Source of the DNA: Auanema rhodensis
Taxonomy: Eukaryota > Animalia > Nematoda
Direction of reading: 5' to 3'
NCBI GenBank assembly: GCA_964057225.1
Contig: OZ059898.1
Coordinates: 16,554,001 to 16,618,000 of the forward strand
DNA: 64,000 nt
Below the pieces are notes generated by a model, which saw nothing but the letters and a program-made list of their open reading frames with translations, was not told the origin of the DNA and did not search any database. Shown here piece by piece: positions 12,901-27,500 of the stretch. Numbering within the stretch: position 1 is the stretch's first letter; every line of letters starts with the position of its first letter. Position numbers and translations under genes: made by a program.

Positions 12901-15900
12901 AAGTCATGGTTACCATGCACCAATATCAATAAAAATTTGTTTTTAGACTAATATGGACATGGGGAATCAAATTGTGAAAACCGCATCTCTTTATCTTTCA
13001 CGTGAAGCGAGTTACATACCAAGTGCACATCACGTGTACATTTAATTAGCATAAATTAAAGTTCACGTAAATTTCAAAGTCATGGTTACCATGAACCAAT
13101 ATCAATAAAAATTTGTTTTTAGACTAATATGGACATGGGGAATCTAATTTTGAAAACCGCATCTCTTTATCTTTCACGTGAAGCGAGTTACATACCAAGT
13201 GCACATCACGTGTACATTTAATTAGCATAAATTAAAGTTCACTTAAATTTCAAAGTCATGGTTACCATGAACCAATATCAATAAAAATTTGTTTTTAGAC
13301 TAATATGGACATGGGGAATCTAATTTTGAAAACCGCATCTCTTTATCTCTCACGTGAAGCGAGTTACATACCGAGTGCACATCACGTGTACATTTAATTA
13401 GCATAAATTAAAGTTCACGTAAATTTCAAAGTCATGGTTACCATGAACCAATATCAATAAAAATTTGTTTTTAGACTAATATGGACATGGGGAATCTAAT
13501 TTTGAAAACCGCATCTCTTTATCTTTCACGTGAAGCGAGTTACATACCAAGTGCACATCACGTGTACATTTAATTAGCATAAATTAAAGTTCACGTAAAT
13601 TTCAAAGTCATGGTTACCATGAACCAATATCAATAAAAATTTGTTTTTAGACTAATATGGACATGGGGAATCTAATTTTGAAAACCGCATCTCTTTATCT
13701 TTCACGTGAAGCGAGTTACATACCAAGTGCACATCACGTGTACATTTAATTAGCATAAATTAAAGTTCACTTAAATTTCAAAGTCATGGTTACCATGAAC
13801 CAATATCAATAAAAATTTGTTTTTAGACTAATATGGACATGGGGAATCTAATTTTGAAAACCGCATCTCTTTATCTCTCACGTGAAGCGAGTTACATACC
13901 GAGTGCACATCACGTGTACATTTAATTAGCATAAATTAAAGTTCACGTAAATTTCAAAGTCATGGTTACCATGAACCAATATCAATAAAAATTTGTTTTT
14001 AGACTAATATGGACATGGGGAATCTAATTTTGAAAACCGCATCTCTTTATCTTTCACGTGAAGCGAGTTACATACCAAGTGCACATCACGTGTACATTTA
14101 ATTAGCATAAATTAAAGTTCACGTAAATTTCAAAGTCATGGTTACCATGAACCAATATCAATAAAAATTTGTTTTTAGACTAATATGGACATGGGGAATC
14201 TAATTTTGAAAACCGCATCTCTTTATCTTTCACGTGAAGCGAGTTACATACCAAGTGCACATCACGTGTACATTTAATTAGCATAAATTAAAGTTCACGT
14301 AAATTTCAAAGTCATGGTTACCATGAACCAATATCAATAAAAATTTGTTTTTAGACTAATATGGACATGGGGAATCTAATTTTGAAAACCGCATCTCTTT
14401 ATCTTTCACGTGAAGCGAGTTACATACCAAGTGCACATCACGTGTACATTTAATTAGCATAAATTAAAGTTCTCGTAAATTTCAAAGTCATGGTTACCAT
14501 GAACCAATATCAATAAAAATTTGTTTTTAGACTAATATGGACATGGGGAATCTAATTTTGAAAACCGCATCTCTTTATCTCTCACGTGAAGCGAGTTAGA
14601 TACCGAGTGCACATCACGTGTACATTTAATTAGCATAAATTAAAGTTCACGTAAATTTCAAAGTCATGGTTACCATGAACCAATATCAATAAAAATTTGT
14701 TTTTAGACTAATATGGACATGGGGAATCTAATTTTGAAAACCGCATCTCTTTATCTTTCACGTGAAGCGAGTTACATACCAAGTGCACATCACGTGTACA
14801 TTTAATTAGCATAACTTAAAGTTCACGTAAATTTCAAAGTCATGGTTACCATGCACCAATATCAATAAAAATTTGTTTTTAGACTAATATGGACATGGGG
14901 AATCTAATTTTGAAAACCGCATCTCTTTATCTTTCACGTGAAGCGAGTTACATACCAAGTGCACATCACGTGTACATTTAATTAGCATAAATTGAAGTTC
15001 ACGTAAATTTCAAAGTCATGGTTACCATGAACCAATATCAATAAAAATTTGTTTTTAGACTAATATGGACATGGGGAATCTAATTTTGAAAACCGCATCT
15101 CTTTATCTCTCACGTGAAGCGAGTTAGATACCGAGTGCACATCACGTGTACATTTAATTAGCATAAATTAAAGTTCACGTAAATTTCAAAGTCATGGTTA
15201 CCATGAACCAATATCAATAAAAATTTGTTTTTAGACTAATATGGACATGGGGAATCTAATTTTGAAAACCGCATCTCTTTATCTCTCACGTGAAGCGAGT
15301 TAGATACCGAGTGCACATCACGTGTACATTTAATTAGCATAAATTAAAGTTCACGTAAATTTCAAAGTCATGGTTACCATGAACCAATATCAATAAAAAT
15401 TTGTTTTTAGACTAATATGGACATGGGGAATCTAATTTTGAAAACCGCATCTCTTTATCTTTCACGTGAAGCGAGTTACATACCAAGTGCACATCACGTG
15501 TACATTTAATTAGCATAAATTAAAGTTCACGTAAATTTCAAAGACATGGTTACCATGAACCAATATCAATAAAAATTTGTTTTTAGACTAATATGGACAT
15601 GGGAAATCTAATTTTGAAAACTGCATCTCTTTATCTTTCACGTGAAGCGAGTTACATACCGAGTGCACATCACGTGTACATTTAATTAGCATAAATTAAA
15701 GTTCACGTAAATTTCAAAGTCATGGTTACCATGCACCAATATCAATAAAAATTTGTTTTTAGACTAATATGGACATGGGGAATCAAATTGTGAAAACCGC
15801 ATCTCTTTATCTTTCACGTGAAGCGAGTTACATACCAAGTGCACATCACGTGTACATTTAATTAGCATAAATTAAAGTTCACGTAAATTTCAAAGTCATG

Positions 15901-17356
15901 GTTACCATGAACCAATATCAATAAAAATTTGTTTTTAGACTAATATGGACATGGGGAATCTAATTTTGAAAACCGCATCTCTTTATCTTTCACGTGAAGC
16001 GAGTTACATACCAAGTGCACATCACGTGTACATTTAATTAGCATAAATTAAAGTTCACTTAAATTTCAAAGTCATGGTTACCATGAACCAATATCAATAA
16101 AAATTTGTTTTTAGACTAATATGGACATGGGGAATCTAATTTTGAAAACCGCATCTCTTTATCTCTCACGTGAAGCGAGTTACATACCGAGTGCACATCA
16201 CGTGTACATTTAATTAGCATAAATTAAAGTTCACGTAAATTTCAAAGTCATGGTTACCATGAACCAATATCAATAAAAATTTGTTTTTAGACTAATATGG
16301 ACATGGGGAATCTAATTTTGAAAACCGCATCTCTTTATCTTTCACGTGAAGCGAGTTACATACCAAGTGCACATCACGTGTACATTTAATTAGCATAAAT
16401 TAAAGTTCACGTAAATTTCAAAGTCATGGTTACCATGAACCAATATCAATAAAAATTTGTTTTTAGACTAATATGGACATGGGGAATCTAATTTTGAAAA
16501 CCGCATCTCTTTATCTTTCACGTGAAGCGAGTTACATACCAAGTGCACATCACGTGTACATTTAATTAGCATAAATTAAAGTTCACTTAAATTTCAAAGT
16601 CATGGTTACCATGAACCAATATCAATAAAAATTTGTTTTTAGACTAATATGGACATGGGGAATCTAATTTTGAAAACCGCATCTCTTTATCTCTCACGTG
16701 AAGCGAGTTACATACCGAGTGCACATCACGTGTACATTTAATTAGCATAAATTAAAGTTCACGTAAATTTCAAAGTCATGGTTACCATGAACCAATATCA
16801 ATAAAAATTTGTTTTTAGACTAATATGGACATGGGGAATCTAATTTTGAAAACCGCATCTCTTTATCTTTCACGTGAAGCGAGTTACATACCAAGTGCAC
16901 ATCACGTGTACATTTAATTAGCATAAATTAAAGTTCTCGTAAATTTCAAAGTCATGGTTACCATGAACCAATATCAATAAAAATTTGTTTTTAGACTAAT
17001 ATGGACATGGGGAATCTAATTTTGAAAACCGCATCTCTTTATCTCTCACGTGAAGCGAGTTAGATACCGAGTGCACATCACGTGTACATTTAATTAGCAT
17101 AAATTAAAGTTCACGTAAATTTCAAAGTCATGGTTACCATGAACCAATATCAATAAAAATTTGTTTTTAGACTAATATGGACATGGGGAATCTAATTTTG
17201 AAAACCGCATCTCTTTATCTTTCACGTGAAGCGAGTTACATACCAAGTGCACATCACGTGTACATTTAATTAGCATAACTTAAAGTTCACGTAAATTTCA
17301 AAGTCATGGTTACCATGCACCAATATCAATAAAAATTTGTTTTTAGACTAATATGG
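9965..17356 (+). repeat. Imperfect 16-17-monomer higher-order repeat, about 2.5 copies
   Basis: The TCAAATTGTG marker monomers start at 9965, 12957 and 15773. Each is followed by the same order of G111T, A65G (usually with T41C), A109T, C59G and A99C monomers. Confidence 0.8.
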
Positions 17357-18412
17357 ACATGGGGAATCTAATTTTGAAAACCGCATCTCTTTATCTTTCA
17401 CGTGAAGCGAGTTACATACCAAGTGCACATCACGTGTACATTTAATTAGCATAAATTAAAGTTCTCGTAAATTTCAAAGTCATGGTTACCATGAACCAAT
17501 ATCAATAAAAATTTGTTTTTAGACTAATATGGACATGGGGAATCTAATTTTGAAAACCGCATCTCTTTATCTCTCACGTGAAGCGAGTTAGATACCGAGT
17601 GCACATCACGTGTACATTTAATTAGCATAAATTAAAGTTCACGTAAATTTCAAAGTCATGGTTACCATGAACCAATATCAATAAAAATTTGTTTTTAGAC
17701 TAATATGGACATGGGGAATCTAATTTTGAAAACCGCATCTCTTTATCTTTCACGTGAAGCGAGTTACATACCAAGTGCACATCACGTGTACATTTAATTA
17801 GCATAAATTAAAGTTCACGTAAATTTCAAAGTCATGGTTACCATGAACCAATATCAATGAAAATTTGTTTTTAGACTAATATGGACATGGGGAATCTAAT
17901 TTTGAAAACCGCATCTCTTTATCTTTCACGTGAAGCGAGTTACATACCAAGTGCACATCACGTGTACATTTAATTAGCATAACTTAAAGTTCACGTAAAT
18001 TTCAAAGTCATGGTTACCATGCACCAATATCAATAAAAATTTGTTTTTAGACTAATATGGACATGGGGAATCTAATTTTGAAAACCGCATCTTTTTATCT
18101 TTCACGTGAAGCGAGTTACATACCAAGTGCACATCACGTGTACATTTAATTAGCATTAATTAAAGTTCACGTAAATTTCAAAGTCATGGTTACCATGAAC
18201 CAATATCAATGAAAATTTGTTTTTAGACTAATATGGACATGGGGAATCTAATTTTGAAAACCGCATCTCTTTATCTTTCACGTGAAGCGAGTTACATACC
18301 AAGTGCACATCACGTGTACATTTAATTAGCATAACTTAAAGTTCACGTAAATTTCAAAGTCATGGTTACCATGCACCAATATCAATGAAAATTTGTTTTT
18401 AGACTAATATGG

Positions 18413-21400
18413 ACATGGGGAATCTAATTTTGAAAACCGCATCTTTTTATCTTTCACGTGAAGCGAGTTACATACCAAGTGCACATCACGTGTACATTTA
18501 ATTAGCATTAATTAAAGTTCACGTAAATTTCAAAGTCATGGTTACCATGCACCAATATCAATAAAAATTTGTTTTTAGACTAATATGGACATGGGGAATC
18601 TAATTTTGAAAACCGCATCTCTTTATCTTTCACGTGAAGCGAGTTACATACCGAGTGCACATCACGTGTACATTTAATTAGCATAAATTAAAGTTCACGT
18701 AAATTTCAAAGTCATGGTTACCATGAACCAATATCAATAAAAATTTGTTTTTAGACTAATATGGACATGGGGAATCTAATTTTGAAAACCGCATCTCTTT
18801 ATCTTTCACGTGAAGCGAGTTACATACCGAGTGCACATCACGTGTACATTTAATTAGCATAAATTAAAGTTCACGTAAATTTCAAAGTCATGGTTACCAT
18901 GAACCAATATCAATAAAAATTTGTTTTTAGACTAATATGGACATGGGGAATCTAATTTTGAAAACCGCATCTCTTTATCTTTCACGTGAAGCGAGTTACA
19001 TACCAAGTTCACATCACGTGTACATTTAATTAGCATAAATTAAAGTTCACGTAAATTTCAAAGACATGGTTACCATGAACCAATATCAATAAAAATTTGT
19101 TTTTAGACTAATATGGACATGGTGAATCTAATTTTGAAAACCGCATCTCTTTATCTTTCACGTGAAGCGAGTTACATACCAAGTTCACATCACGTGTACA
19201 TTTAATTAGCATAAATTAAAGTTCACGTAAATTTCAAAGACATGGTTACCATGAACCAATATCAATAAAAATTTGTTTTTAGACTAATATGGACATGGGA
19301 AATCTAATTTTGAAAACTGCATCTCTTTATCTTTCACGTGAAGCGAGTTACATACCAAGTGCACATCACGTGTACATTTAATTAGCATAAATTGAAGTTC
19401 ACGTAAATTTCAAAGTCATGGTTACCATTAACTAATATCAATGAAAATTTGTTTTTAGACTAATATGGACATGGGGAACCTAATTTTGAAAACCGCATCT
19501 TTTTATCTTTCACGTGAAGCGAGTTACATACCAAGTGCACATCACGTGTACATTTAATTAGCATTAATTAAAGTTCACGTAAATTTCAAAGTCATGGTTA
19601 CCATGCACCAATATCAATAAAAATTTGTTTTTAGACTAATATGGACATGGGGAATCTAATTTTGAAAACCGCATCTCTTTATCTTTCACGTGAAGCGAGT
19701 TACATACCGAGTGCACATCACGTGTACATTTAATTAGCATAAATTAAAGTTCACGTAAATTTCAAAGTCATGGTTACCATGAACCAATATCAATAAAAAT
19801 TTGTTTTTAGACTAATATGGACATGGGGAATCTAATTTTGAAAACCGCATCTTTTTATCTTTCACGTGAAGCGAGTTACATACCAAGTGCACATCACGTG
19901 TACATTTAATTAGCATAACTTAAAGTTCACGTAAATTTCAAAGTCATGGTTACCATGCACCAATATCAATAAAAATTTGTTTTTAGACTAATATGGACAT
20001 GGGGAATCTAATTTTGAAAACCGCATCTCTTTATCTTTCACGTGAAGCGAGTTACATACCAAGTGCACATCACGTGTACATTTAATTAGCATAAATTGAA
20101 GTTCACGTAAATTTCAAAGTCATGGTTACCATGAACCAATATCAATGAAAATTTGTTTTTAGACTAATATGGACATGGGGAATCTAATTTTGAAAACCGC
20201 ATCTTTTTATCTTTCACGTGAAGCGAGTTACATACCAAGTGCACATCACGTGTACATTTAATTAGCATTAATTAAAGTTCACGTAAATTTCAAAGTCATG
20301 GTTACCATGCACCAATATCAATAAAAATTTGTTTTTAGACTAATATGGACATGGGGAATCTAATTTTGAAAACCGCATCTCTTTATCTTTCACGTGAAGC
20401 GAGTTACATACCGAGTGCACATCACGTGTACATTTAATTAGCATAAATTAAAGTTCACGTAAATTTCAAAGTCATGGTTACCATGAACCAATATCAATAA
20501 AAATTTGTTTTTAGACTAATATGGACATGGGGAATCTAATTTTGAAAACCGCATCTCTTTATCTTTCACGTGAAGCGAGTTACATACCGAGTGCACATCA
20601 CGTGTACATTTAATTAGCATAAATTAAAGTTCACGTAAATTTCAAAGTCATGGTTACCATGAACCAATATCAATAAAAATTTGTTTTTAGACTAATATGG
20701 ACATGGGGAATCTAATTTTGAAAACCGCATCTCTTTATCTTTCACGTGAAGCGAGTTACATACCAAGTTCACATCACGTGTACATTTAATTAGCATAAAT
20801 TAAAGTTCACGTAAATTTCAAAGACATGGTTACCATGAACCAATATCAATAAAAATTTGTTTTTAGACTAATATGGACATGGTGAATCTAATTTTGAAAA
20901 CCGCATCTCTTTATCTTTCACGTGAAGCGAGTTACATACCAAGTTCACATCACGTGTACATTTAATTAGCATAAATTAAAGTTCACGTAAATTTCAAAGA
21001 CATGGTTACCATGAACCAATATCAATAAAAATTTGTTTTTAGACTAATATGGACATGGGAAATCTAATTTTGAAAACTGCATCTCTTTATCTTTCACGTG
21101 AAGCGAGTTACATACCAAGTGCACATCACGTGTACATTTAATTAGCATAAATTGAAGTTCACGTAAATTTCAAAGTCATGGTTACCATGAACCAATATCA
21201 ATGAAAATTTGTTTTTAGACTAATATGGACATGGGGAACCTAATTTTGAAAACCGCATCTTTTTATCTTTCACGTGAAGCGAGTTACATACCAAGTGCAC
21301 ATCACGTGTACATTTAATTAGCATTAATTAAAGTTCACGTAAATTTCAAAGTCATGGTTACCATGCACCAATATCAATAAAAATTTGTTTTTAGACTAAT

Positions 21401-21580
21401 ATGGACATGGGGAATCTAATTTTGAAAACCGCATCTCTTTATCTTTCACGTGAAGCGAGTTACATACCGAGTGCACATCACGTGTACATTTAATTAGCAT
21501 AAATTAAAGTTCACGTAAATTTCAAAGTCATGGTTACCATGAACCAATATCAATAAAAATTTGTTTTTAGACTAATATGG
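18413..21580 (+). repeat. 8-monomer block repeated at a 10-monomer (1760 bp) period
   Basis: The rare GGAACCTAAT variant occurs in the monomers at 19469 and 21229, with matching flanking G69T/T124A, G7T and G8A/C26T monomers. Confidence 0.88.
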
Positions 21581-24500
21581 ACATGGGGAATCTAATTTTG
21601 AAAACCGCATCTCTTTATCTTTCACGTGAAGCGAGTTACATACCGAGTGCACATCACGTGTACATTTAATTAGCATAAATTAAAGTTCACGTAAATTTCA
21701 AAGTCATGGTTACCATGAACCAATATCAATAAAAATTTGTTTTTAGACTAATATGGACATGGGGAATCTAATTTTGAAAACCGCATCTCTTTATCTTTCA
21801 CGTGAAGCGAGTTACATACCAAGTGCACATCACGTGTACATTTAATTAGCATAAATTAAAGTTCACGTAAATTTCAAAGACATGGTTACCATGAACCAAT
21901 ATCAATAAAAATTTGTTTTTAGACTAATATGGACATGGTGAATCTAATTTTGAAAACCGCATCTCTTTATCTTTCACGTGAAGCGAGTTACATACCAAGT
22001 TCACATCACGTGTACATTTAATTAGCATAAATTAAAGTTCACGTAAATTTCAAAGACATGGTTACCATGAACCAATATCAATAAAAATTTGTTTTTAGAC
22101 TAATATGGACATGGGAAATCTAATTTTGAAAACTGCATCTCTTTATCTTTCACGTGAAGCGAGTTACATACCGAGTGCACATCACGTGTACATTTAATTA
22201 GCATAAATTAAAGTTCACGTAAATTTCAAAGTCATGGTTACCATGAACCAATATCAATAAAAATTTGTTTTTAGACTAATATGGACATGGGGAATCTAAT
22301 TTTGAAAACCGCATCTCTTTATCTTTCACGTGAAGCGAGTTACATACCAAGTGCACATCACGTGTACATTTAATTAGCCTAAATTAAAGTTCACGTAAAT
22401 TTCAAAGTCATGGTTACCATGCACCAATATCAATAAAAATTTGTTTTTAGACTAATATGGACATGGGGAATCTAATTTTGAAAACCGCATCTCTTTATCT
22501 TTCACGTGAAGCGAGTTACATACCGAGTGCACATCACGTGTACATTTAATTAGCATAAATTAAAGTTCACGTAAATTTCAAAGACATGGTTACCATGAAC
22601 CAATATCAATAAAAATTTGTTTTTAGACTAATATGGACATGGGGAATCTAATTTTGAAAACCGCATCTCTTTATCTTTCACGTGAAGCGAGTTACATACC
22701 GAGTGCACATCACGTGTACATTTAATTAGCATAAATTAAAGTTCACGTAAATTTCAAAGTCATGGTTACCATGAACCAATATCAATAAAAATTTGTTTTT
22801 AGACTAATATGGACATGGGGAATCTAATTTTGAAAACCGCATCTCTTTATCTTTCACGTGAAGCGAGTTACATACCGAGTGCACATCACGTGTACATTTA
22901 ATTAGCATAAATTAAAGTTCACGTAAATTTCAAAGTCATGGTTACCATGAACCAATATCAATAAAAATTTGTTTTTAGACTAATATGGACATGGGGAATC
23001 TAATTTTGAAAACCGCATCTCTTTATCTTTCACGTGAAGCGAGTTACATACCAAGTGCACATCACGTGTACATTTAATTAGCATAAATTAAAGTTCACGT
23101 AAATTTCAAAGTCATGGTTACCATGAACCAATATCAATAAAAATTTGTTTTTAGACTAATATGGACATGGGGAATCTAATTTTGAAAACCGCATCTCTTT
23201 ATCTCTCACGTGAAGCGAGTTAGATACCGAGTGCACATCACGTGTACATTTAATTAGCATAAATTAAAGTTCACGTAAATTTCAAAGTCATGGTTACCAT
23301 GAACCAATATCAATAAAAATTTGTTTTTAGACTAATATGGACATGGGGAATCAAATTGTGAAAACCGCATCTCTTTATCTTTCACGTGAAGCGAGTTACA
23401 TACCAAGTGCACATCACGTGTACATTTAATTAGCATAAATTAAAGTTCACGTAAATTTCAAAGTCATGGTTACCATGAACCAATATCAATAAAAATTTGT
23501 TTTTAGACTAATATGGACATGGGGAATCTAATTTTGAAAACCGCATCTCTTTATCTCTCACGTGAAGCGAGTTACATACCGAGTGCACATCACGTGTACA
23601 TTTAATTAGCATAAATTAAAGTTCACGTAAATTTCAAAGTCATGGTTACCATGAACCAATATCAATAAAAATTTGTTTTTAGACTAATATGGACATGGGG
23701 AATCTAATTTTGAAAACCGCATCTCTTTATCTTTCACGTGAAGCGAGTTACATACCAAGTGCACATCACGTGTACATTTAATTAGCATAAATTAAAGTTC
23801 ACGTAAATTTCAAAGTCATGGTTACCATGAACCAATATCAATAAAAATTTGTTTTTAGACTAATATGGACATGGGGAATCTAATTTTGAAAACCGCATCT
23901 CTTTATCTTTCACGTGAAGCGAGTTACATACCAAGTGCACATCACGTGTACATTTAATTAGCATAAATTAAAGTTCACTTAAATTTCAAAGTCATGGTTA
24001 CCATGAACCAATATCAATAAAAATTTGTTTTTAGACTAATATGGACATGGGGAATCTAATTTTGAAAACCGCATCTCTTTATCTCTCACGTGAAGCGAGT
24101 TACATACCGAGTGCACATCACGTGTACATTTAATTAGCATAAATTAAAGTTCACGTAAATTTCAAAGTCATGGTTACCATGAACCAATATCAATAAAAAT
24201 TTGTTTTTAGACTAATATGGACATGGGGAATCTAATTTTGAAAACCGCATCTCTTTATCTTTCACGTGAAGCGAGTTACATACCAAGTGCACATCACGTG
24301 TACATTTAATTAGCATAAATTAAAGTTCACGTAAATTTCAAAGTCATGGTTACCATGAACCAATATCAATAAAAATTTGTTTTTAGACTAATATGGACAT
24401 GGGGAATCTAATTTTGAAAACCGCATCTCTTTATCTCTCACGTGAAGCGAGTTAGATACCGAGTGCACATCACGTGTACATTTAATTAGCATAAATTAAA

Positions 24501-27500
24501 GTTCACGTAAATTTCAAAGTCATGGTTACCATGAACCAATATCAATAAAAATTTGTTTTTAGACTAATATGGACATGGGGAATCTAATTTTGAAAACCGC
24601 ATCTCGTTATCTTTCACGTGAAGCGAGTTACATACCAAGTGCACATCACGTGTACATTTAAATAGCATAACTTAAAGTTCACGTAAATTTCAAAGTCATG
24701 GTTACCATGCACCAATATCAATAAAAATTTGTTTTTAGACTAATATGGACATGGGGAATCTAATTTTGAAAACCGCATCTCTTTATCTTTCACGTGAAGC
24801 GAGTTACATACCAAGTGCACATCACGTGTACATTTAATTAGCATAAATTGAAGTTCACGTAAATTTCAAAGTCATGGTTACCATGAACCAATATCAATAA
24901 AAATTTGTTTTTAGACTAATATGGACATGGGGAATCTAATTTTGAAAACCGCATCTCTTTATCTTTCACGTGAAGCGAGTTACATACCAAGTGCACATCA
25001 CGTGTACATTTAATTAGCATAAATTAAAGTTCACGTAAATTTCAAAGACATGGTTACCATGAACCAATATCAATAAAAATTTGTTTTTAGACTAATATGG
25101 ACATGGTGAATCTAATTTTGAAAACCGCATCTCTTTATCTTTCACGTGAAGCGAGTTACATACCAAGTTCACATCACGTGTACATTTAATTAGCATAAAT
25201 TAAAGTTCACGTAAATTTCAAAGACATGGTTACCATGAACCAATATCAATAAAAATTTGTTTTTAGACTAATATGGACATGGGAAATCTAATTTTGAAAA
25301 CTGCATCTCTTTATCTTTCACGTGAAGCGAGTTACATACCGAGTGCACATCACGTGTACATTTAATTAGCATAAATTAAAGTTCACGTAAATTTCAAAGT
25401 CATGGTTACCATGAACCAATATCAATAAAAATTTGTTTTTAGACTAATATGGACATGGGGAATCTAATTTTGAAAACCGCATCTCTTTATCTTTCACGTG
25501 AAGCGAGTTACATACCAAGTGCACATCACGTGTACATTTAATTAGCCTAAATTAAAGTTCACGTAAATTTCAAAGTCATGGTTACCATGCACCAATATCA
25601 ATAAAAATTTGTTTTTAGACTAATATGGACATGGGGAATCTAATTTTGAAAACCGCATCTCTTTATCTTTCACGTGAAGCGAGTTACATACCGAGTGCAC
25701 ATCACGTGTACATTTAATTAGCATAAATTAAAGTTCACGTAAATTTCAAAGACATGGTTACCATGAACCAATATCAATAAAAATTTGTTTTTAGACTAAT
25801 ATGGACATGGGGAATCTAATTTTGAAAACCGCATCTTTTTATCTTTCACGTGAAGCGAGTTACATACCAAGTGCACATCACGTGTACATTTAATTAGCAT
25901 TAATTAAAGTTCACGTAAATTTCAAAGTCATGGTTACCATGAACCAATATCAATAAAAATTTGTTTTTAGACTAATATGGACATGGGGAATCTAATTTTG
26001 AAAACCGCATCTTTTTATCTTTCACGTGAAGCGAGTTACATACCAAGTGCACATCACGTGTACATTTGATTAGCATAAATTAAAGTTCACGTAAATTTCA
26101 AAGTCATGGTTACCATGCACCAATATCAATAAAAATTTGTTTTTAGACTAATATGGACATGGGGAATCTAATTTTGAAAACCGCATCTCTTTATCTCTCT
26201 CGTGAAGCGAGTTAGATACCGAGTGCACATCACTTGTACATTTAATTAGCATAAATTAAAGTTCACGTAAATTTCAAAGTCATGGTTACCATGAACCAAT
26301 ATCAATAAAAATTTGTTTTTAGACTAATATGGACATGGGGAATCTAATTTTGAAAACCGCATCTCTTTATCTTTCACGTGAAGCGAGTTACATACCAAGT
26401 GCACATCACGTGTACATTTAATTAGCATAACTTAAAGTTCACGTAAATTTCAAAGTCATGGTTACCATGCACCAATATCAATAAAAATTTGTTTTTAGAC
26501 TAATATGGACATGGGGAATCTAATTTTGAAAACCGCATCTCTTTATCTTACACGTGAAGCGAGTTACATACCAAGTGCACATCACGTGTACATTTAATTA
26601 GCATAAATTGAAGTTCACGTAAATTTCAAAGTCATGGTTACCATGAACCAATATCAATGAAAATTTGTTTTTAGACTAATATGGACATGGGGAATCTAAT
26701 TTTGAAAACCGCATCTTTTTATCTTTCACGTGAAGCGAGTTACATACCAAGTGCACATCACGTGTACATTTAATTAGCATTAATTAAAGTTCACGTAAAT
26801 TTCAAAGTCATGGTTACCATGCACCAATATCAATAAAAATTTGTTTTTAGACTAATATGGACATGGGGAATCTAATTTTGAAAACCGCATCTCTTTATCT
26901 CTCTCGTGAAGCGAGTTAGATACCGAGTGCACATCACGTGTACATTTAATTAGCATAAATTAAAGTTCACGTAAATTTCAAAGTCATGGTTACCATGAAC
27001 CAATATCAATAAAAATTTGTTTTTAGACTAATATGGACATGGGGAATCTAATTTTGAAAACCGCATCTCTTTATCTTTCACGTGAAGCGAGTTACATACC
27101 AAGTGCACATCACGTGTACATTTAATTAGCATAACTTAAAGTTCACGTAAATTTCAAAGTCATGGTTACCATGCACCAATATCAATAAAAATTTGTTTTT
27201 AGACTAATATGGACATGGGGAATCTAATTTTGAAAACCGCATCTCTTTATCTTTCACGTGAAGCGAGTTACATACCAAGTGCACATCACGTGTACATTTA
27301 ATTAGCATAACTTAAAGTTCACGTAAATTTCAAAGTCATGGTTACCATGCACCAATATCAATAAAAATTTGTTTTTAGACTAATATGGACATGGGGAATC
27401 TAATTTTGAAAACCGCATCTCTTTATCTTTCACGTGAAGCGAGTTACATACCAAGTGCACATCACGTGTACATTTAATTAGCATAAATTGAAGTTCACGT

